From the NCBI GenBank assembly GCA_963675245.1, contig OY775910.1, positions 992,001 to 1,056,000 on the forward strand: DNA of 64,000 nucleotides, read 5' to 3'. The translations under genes and the position numbers were made by a program. Source of the stretch: Acholeplasmataceae bacterium. Its GTDB lineage: Bacteria; Bacillota_I; Bacilli_A; Acholeplasmatales; Acholeplasmataceae. The notes under the pieces are model-generated. The model was not told where the DNA came from. It searched no databases and saw only the letters and a program-made list of their open reading frames with translations. This document shows, piece after piece, positions 61,501 through 64,000 of this stretch; the first letter of the stretch is position 1, and the number at the start of each line of letters is the position of its first letter.

Positions 61501-62793
61501 ATGGAAATAAGAATACTAAACTTAAAACAAATATCATCATTGATTATTCTTTTCATGCTATCTATGTTCCTCACAACATTTACTTATGCTACCTGGATCA
61601 CAGGAATCGAGGATGGCTTAGGTACAGGTTTAGGTACCATTTCCATTGGTGCATGGACACAAGAACCAGAAGGTATTGATGCTTATAGTCCTACAATTGG
61701 TTATAGTAGTGGTGCGCTTGTCTGGTTTGAAGGTGATTTCTGGATTTATAAAGGTAATTATTCGTTTGGATTAGACCCTTCAATTGCTAATGGATGGACA
61801 TATTTAAACGATCTTAATTGGTATTCAAATATCATTTATCAAGCAAACGAAGTCGTCTATACAAACGGTATTGTATTCCAAACTTCTGGATATACTGTTG
61901 GTGATAATCCACTTGATGGTGCACCGTGGAATAGCATGATGAATAATCAAGTACAGTGGATTACCGGTCAAGCAGTTACCTTAAATGAAATTGTATTTTA
62001 TAATGGTCAATTATGGATATATCACGATTATTATACGACGTCACAACCGGGGTCTAATTCTGGTTGGGGATTAGTTGGTGATTTAACCTATTCAAGTGGA
62101 TTTGTTTATAATACAGGTGATGTAGTTATATATAATGGTACGTATTACATTGCTACAGGATATGCAAAAAATAAGAGACCAGATAAGAATAATAGTCCAT
62201 TTAACGTTCTAAATACTCCAACTTGGTCAAGTAGTATTCCAAATGGTACGACGCATGTACTATATAATGGATTGCTTTATGAAGCACTTATTACTAACAT
62301 AACAACCCTACAAAATGTAGTACCAGGTAGTTCATCATCATATGGTGTGTGGTCTGCGATTAATACACAAACATGGCAACAATACAACACGTATTCATCA
62401 AACGATCTCATTATGTATAACACAGATGTTTTCATGCTTGTCAATGAAAGTAACTCTACAATTATACCGGGTACTGCTGGCAATTCATGGAATTTAATGA
62501 ATAATATGGAATATGATCCATACAGTACATATAGCAATGGCGATTTTGCAGTTGTAAATGGTATTGTTTACGAAGTTGTGAATGCGTCAAATGCGAATTT
62601 ATATGCACCTGAAGTTGCTGCGAATTCATGGAATCGTTTAAGTGGTTATGATTGGTATTGGTTTAACAATTATGACGTTGGTGATATTTTATTCCATGGT
62701 AATGGCGTATATATTGCATTAGCAGCTTCAACCAATATTGAACCAGGTACCTCAGGTTCAGATTCATATTGGAGTTTATACAACGAAAACTAA
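61501..62793 (+). CDS. Secreted adhesin with eight CBM5/12-like (chitin-binding) repeats and SipW-type signal peptide
   Basis: TFTYA/TW...GTISIG; repeated (W/Y)....Y..GD.V.YNG..Y.A...P....W units. Confidence 0.75.
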   Translation: MEIRILNLKQISSLIILFMLSMFLTTFTYATWITGIEDGLGTGLGTISIGAWTQEPEGIDAYSPTIGYSSGALVWFEGDFWIYKGNYSFGLDPSIANGWTYLNDLNWYSNIIYQANEVVYTNGIVFQTSGYTVGDNPLDGAPWNSMMNNQVQWITGQAVTLNEIVFYNGQLWIYHDYYTTSQPGSNSGWGLVGDLTYSSGFVYNTGDVVIYNGTYYIATGYAKNKRPDKNNSPFNVLNTPTWSSSIPNGTTHVLYNGLLYEALITNITTLQNVVPGSSSSYGVWSAINTQTWQQYNTYSSNDLIMYNTDVFMLVNESNSTIIPGTAGNSWNLMNNMEYDPYSTYSNGDFAVVNGIVYEVVNASNANLYAPEVAANSWNRLSGYDWYWFNNYDVGDILFHGNGVYIALAASTNIEPGTSGSDSYWSLYNEN

Positions 62794-62885
62794 TAAAAAA
62801 AAAAATCACACTTCCATTAATCGTTTGACTATTTTATATGATATAATAGCATTGAAAAGCGGTTAAACGGGAGTGTGATTTTCTA

Positions 62886-63452
62886 GTGAAAAGAAGAAAA
62901 AGCAAAAAAACCAGAGTAATTTTACTATCTGGAATCTACAGTTTAATAGGTATATTAGTATTACTGATTGTATTGCTTGCAGCAGCACCTAGTTTTATGC
63001 TCAATACGCTTGGTTTTAGAACATATGTTTCACACTATGATCAAATGGCACCAACGATTGAATCTAACTCACTCGTGTTTATCACGCAAGTTGATTTAAT
63101 GAATATTGAAAGCAATGATTTAATCACATTCCAATCTAATACAGATTTAAATGATGATGGTCGGAATGATTTGATCACTGGTTATTTTGATCGTACGAAC
63201 GGTACAGGAGATGCTGCTGATTATTATTTCAGAAGTGAAGGTTCCGTAGGAGATTGGGCAGTTATTCAATCAGGTAATATAATTGGTGGTTATGGATTCA
63301 GCATCCCTATATTGGGATTAATTATTGATTTTATTGGTAGTCCATTTGGCATTGCAGTTGTTTGTGTAAATATTGCCATCATTTCAGGCATTGTGTTTAT
63401 AGTGAAACAAGGTAGTAAAAAAGAACCAAAAGAAACACAAAAAGAACAGTAA
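62886..63452 (+). CDS. SipW/Sec11-like signal peptidase homologue lacking catalytic residues
   Basis: GFRTYVSHYDQMAPTIESNSLV...NDLITF...NIIGGYGFSIPILG...SPFG follows SipW layout. Confidence 0.75.
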   Translation: MKRRKSKKTRVILLSGIYSLIGILVLLIVLLAAAPSFMLNTLGFRTYVSHYDQMAPTIESNSLVFITQVDLMNIESNDLITFQSNTDLNDDGRNDLITGYFDRTNGTGDAADYYFRSEGSVGDWAVIQSGNIIGGYGFSIPILGLIIDFIGSPFGIAVVCVNIAIISGIVFIVKQGSKKEPKETQKEQ

Positions 63453-63460
63453 GAGAGATT

Positions 63461-64000
63461 ATGAATCAAAGATTATTAACAACAGATGAATTACTTGATC
63501 AGTTAAAGGAGTCTCTTAGTGATTCCTATCAAACGCAATTAATACATCACAAACATAAAAAAATACAGTATTATATATTTTGGGGCATTGTAGCTATTGC
63601 AGTGCTTCATTTGTTATTGGTTTCATTACCGCTTATGATAGGTGTAAAAAATACAGTGAATGTTATCGGTCAAGCAAGAGTAGTTGGGATCCCTTATGTT
63701 CCTGGAGAAGTTCTTGAACGAGAAGGTCATACGATTGTTTTAAATCGATATGATGTGAGCAACATAGCAATTGATGACCATGTTGTGATCTATGGTATAT
63801 TAGATACAACATATTATTGGGATGTTATCATTACTGATTTCGATGTGAGTCAAGAAATTGTGAGTGTATCATACGATGGTTTGTATTCACTTGATTATTC
63901 GTTTAATGATATTCAAGGTGTTTATGTAAGAGATGCAAACTTCATGGGTATCATTATGTTTGTTTCTTCAAGAATTACAGGATTGATCACAACACTAGTT
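63461..64000 (+). CDS. Membrane protein, possibly second divergent SipW-like protein; 3'-truncated by window edge
   Basis: Open from ATG 63461 to end: MNQRLL...TM...DVSNIAIDDHVVIYG...DIQGVYVRDANFMGIIMFV. Confidence 0.6.
   Translation, partial: MNQRLLTTDELLDQLKESLSDSYQTQLIHHKHKKIQYYIFWGIVAIAVLHLLLVSLPLMIGVKNTVNVIGQARVVGIPYVPGEVLEREGHTIVLNRYDVSNIAIDDHVVIYGILDTTYYWDVIITDFDVSQEIVSVSYDGLYSLDYSFNDIQGVYVRDANFMGIIMFVSSRITGLITTLV

Overview
AT-rich chromosomal window from a low-GC, Bacillota-derived bacterium, most likely an Acholeplasmataceae-like Mollicute. This is inferred from TGA used as stop, tRNA-Trp(CCA), T-boxes, CcpA/Spx/ComK-like regulators and OppD/OppF with long coiled-coil inserts. Bases 1-~3225 are the right end of a tyrosine-integrase element abutting the 3' end of tRNA-Gln(TTG). 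The middle is mostly housekeeping: tdh-kbl, five tRNAs, amtB, bcp-nifJ, oppABCDF, an S41 peptidase, sufCDSUB, msmX, pgk-HPr-tpiA, rpsD, thiI, def, rpsP-khpA-rimM-trmD-rplS, ccpA, tyrS/trpS with T-boxes, pepF, spx and gap. Two regions stand out. (1) 59920-64000: a GEMM-I riboswitch with the G20A change linked to 3',3'-cGAMP sensing and a readable ON-switch expression platform. It precedes three proteins with SipW-type signal peptides (two TasA/CalY-like, one with eight CBM5/12-like repeats) and two SipW-like proteins lacking catalytic residues. (2) 2296-2771: inside the element, a YjzC-like ORF and a convergent ~60-nt RNA laid out like the pAD1 par/Fst type I toxin-antitoxin locus. All calls are by eye; no searches or folding programs were run.
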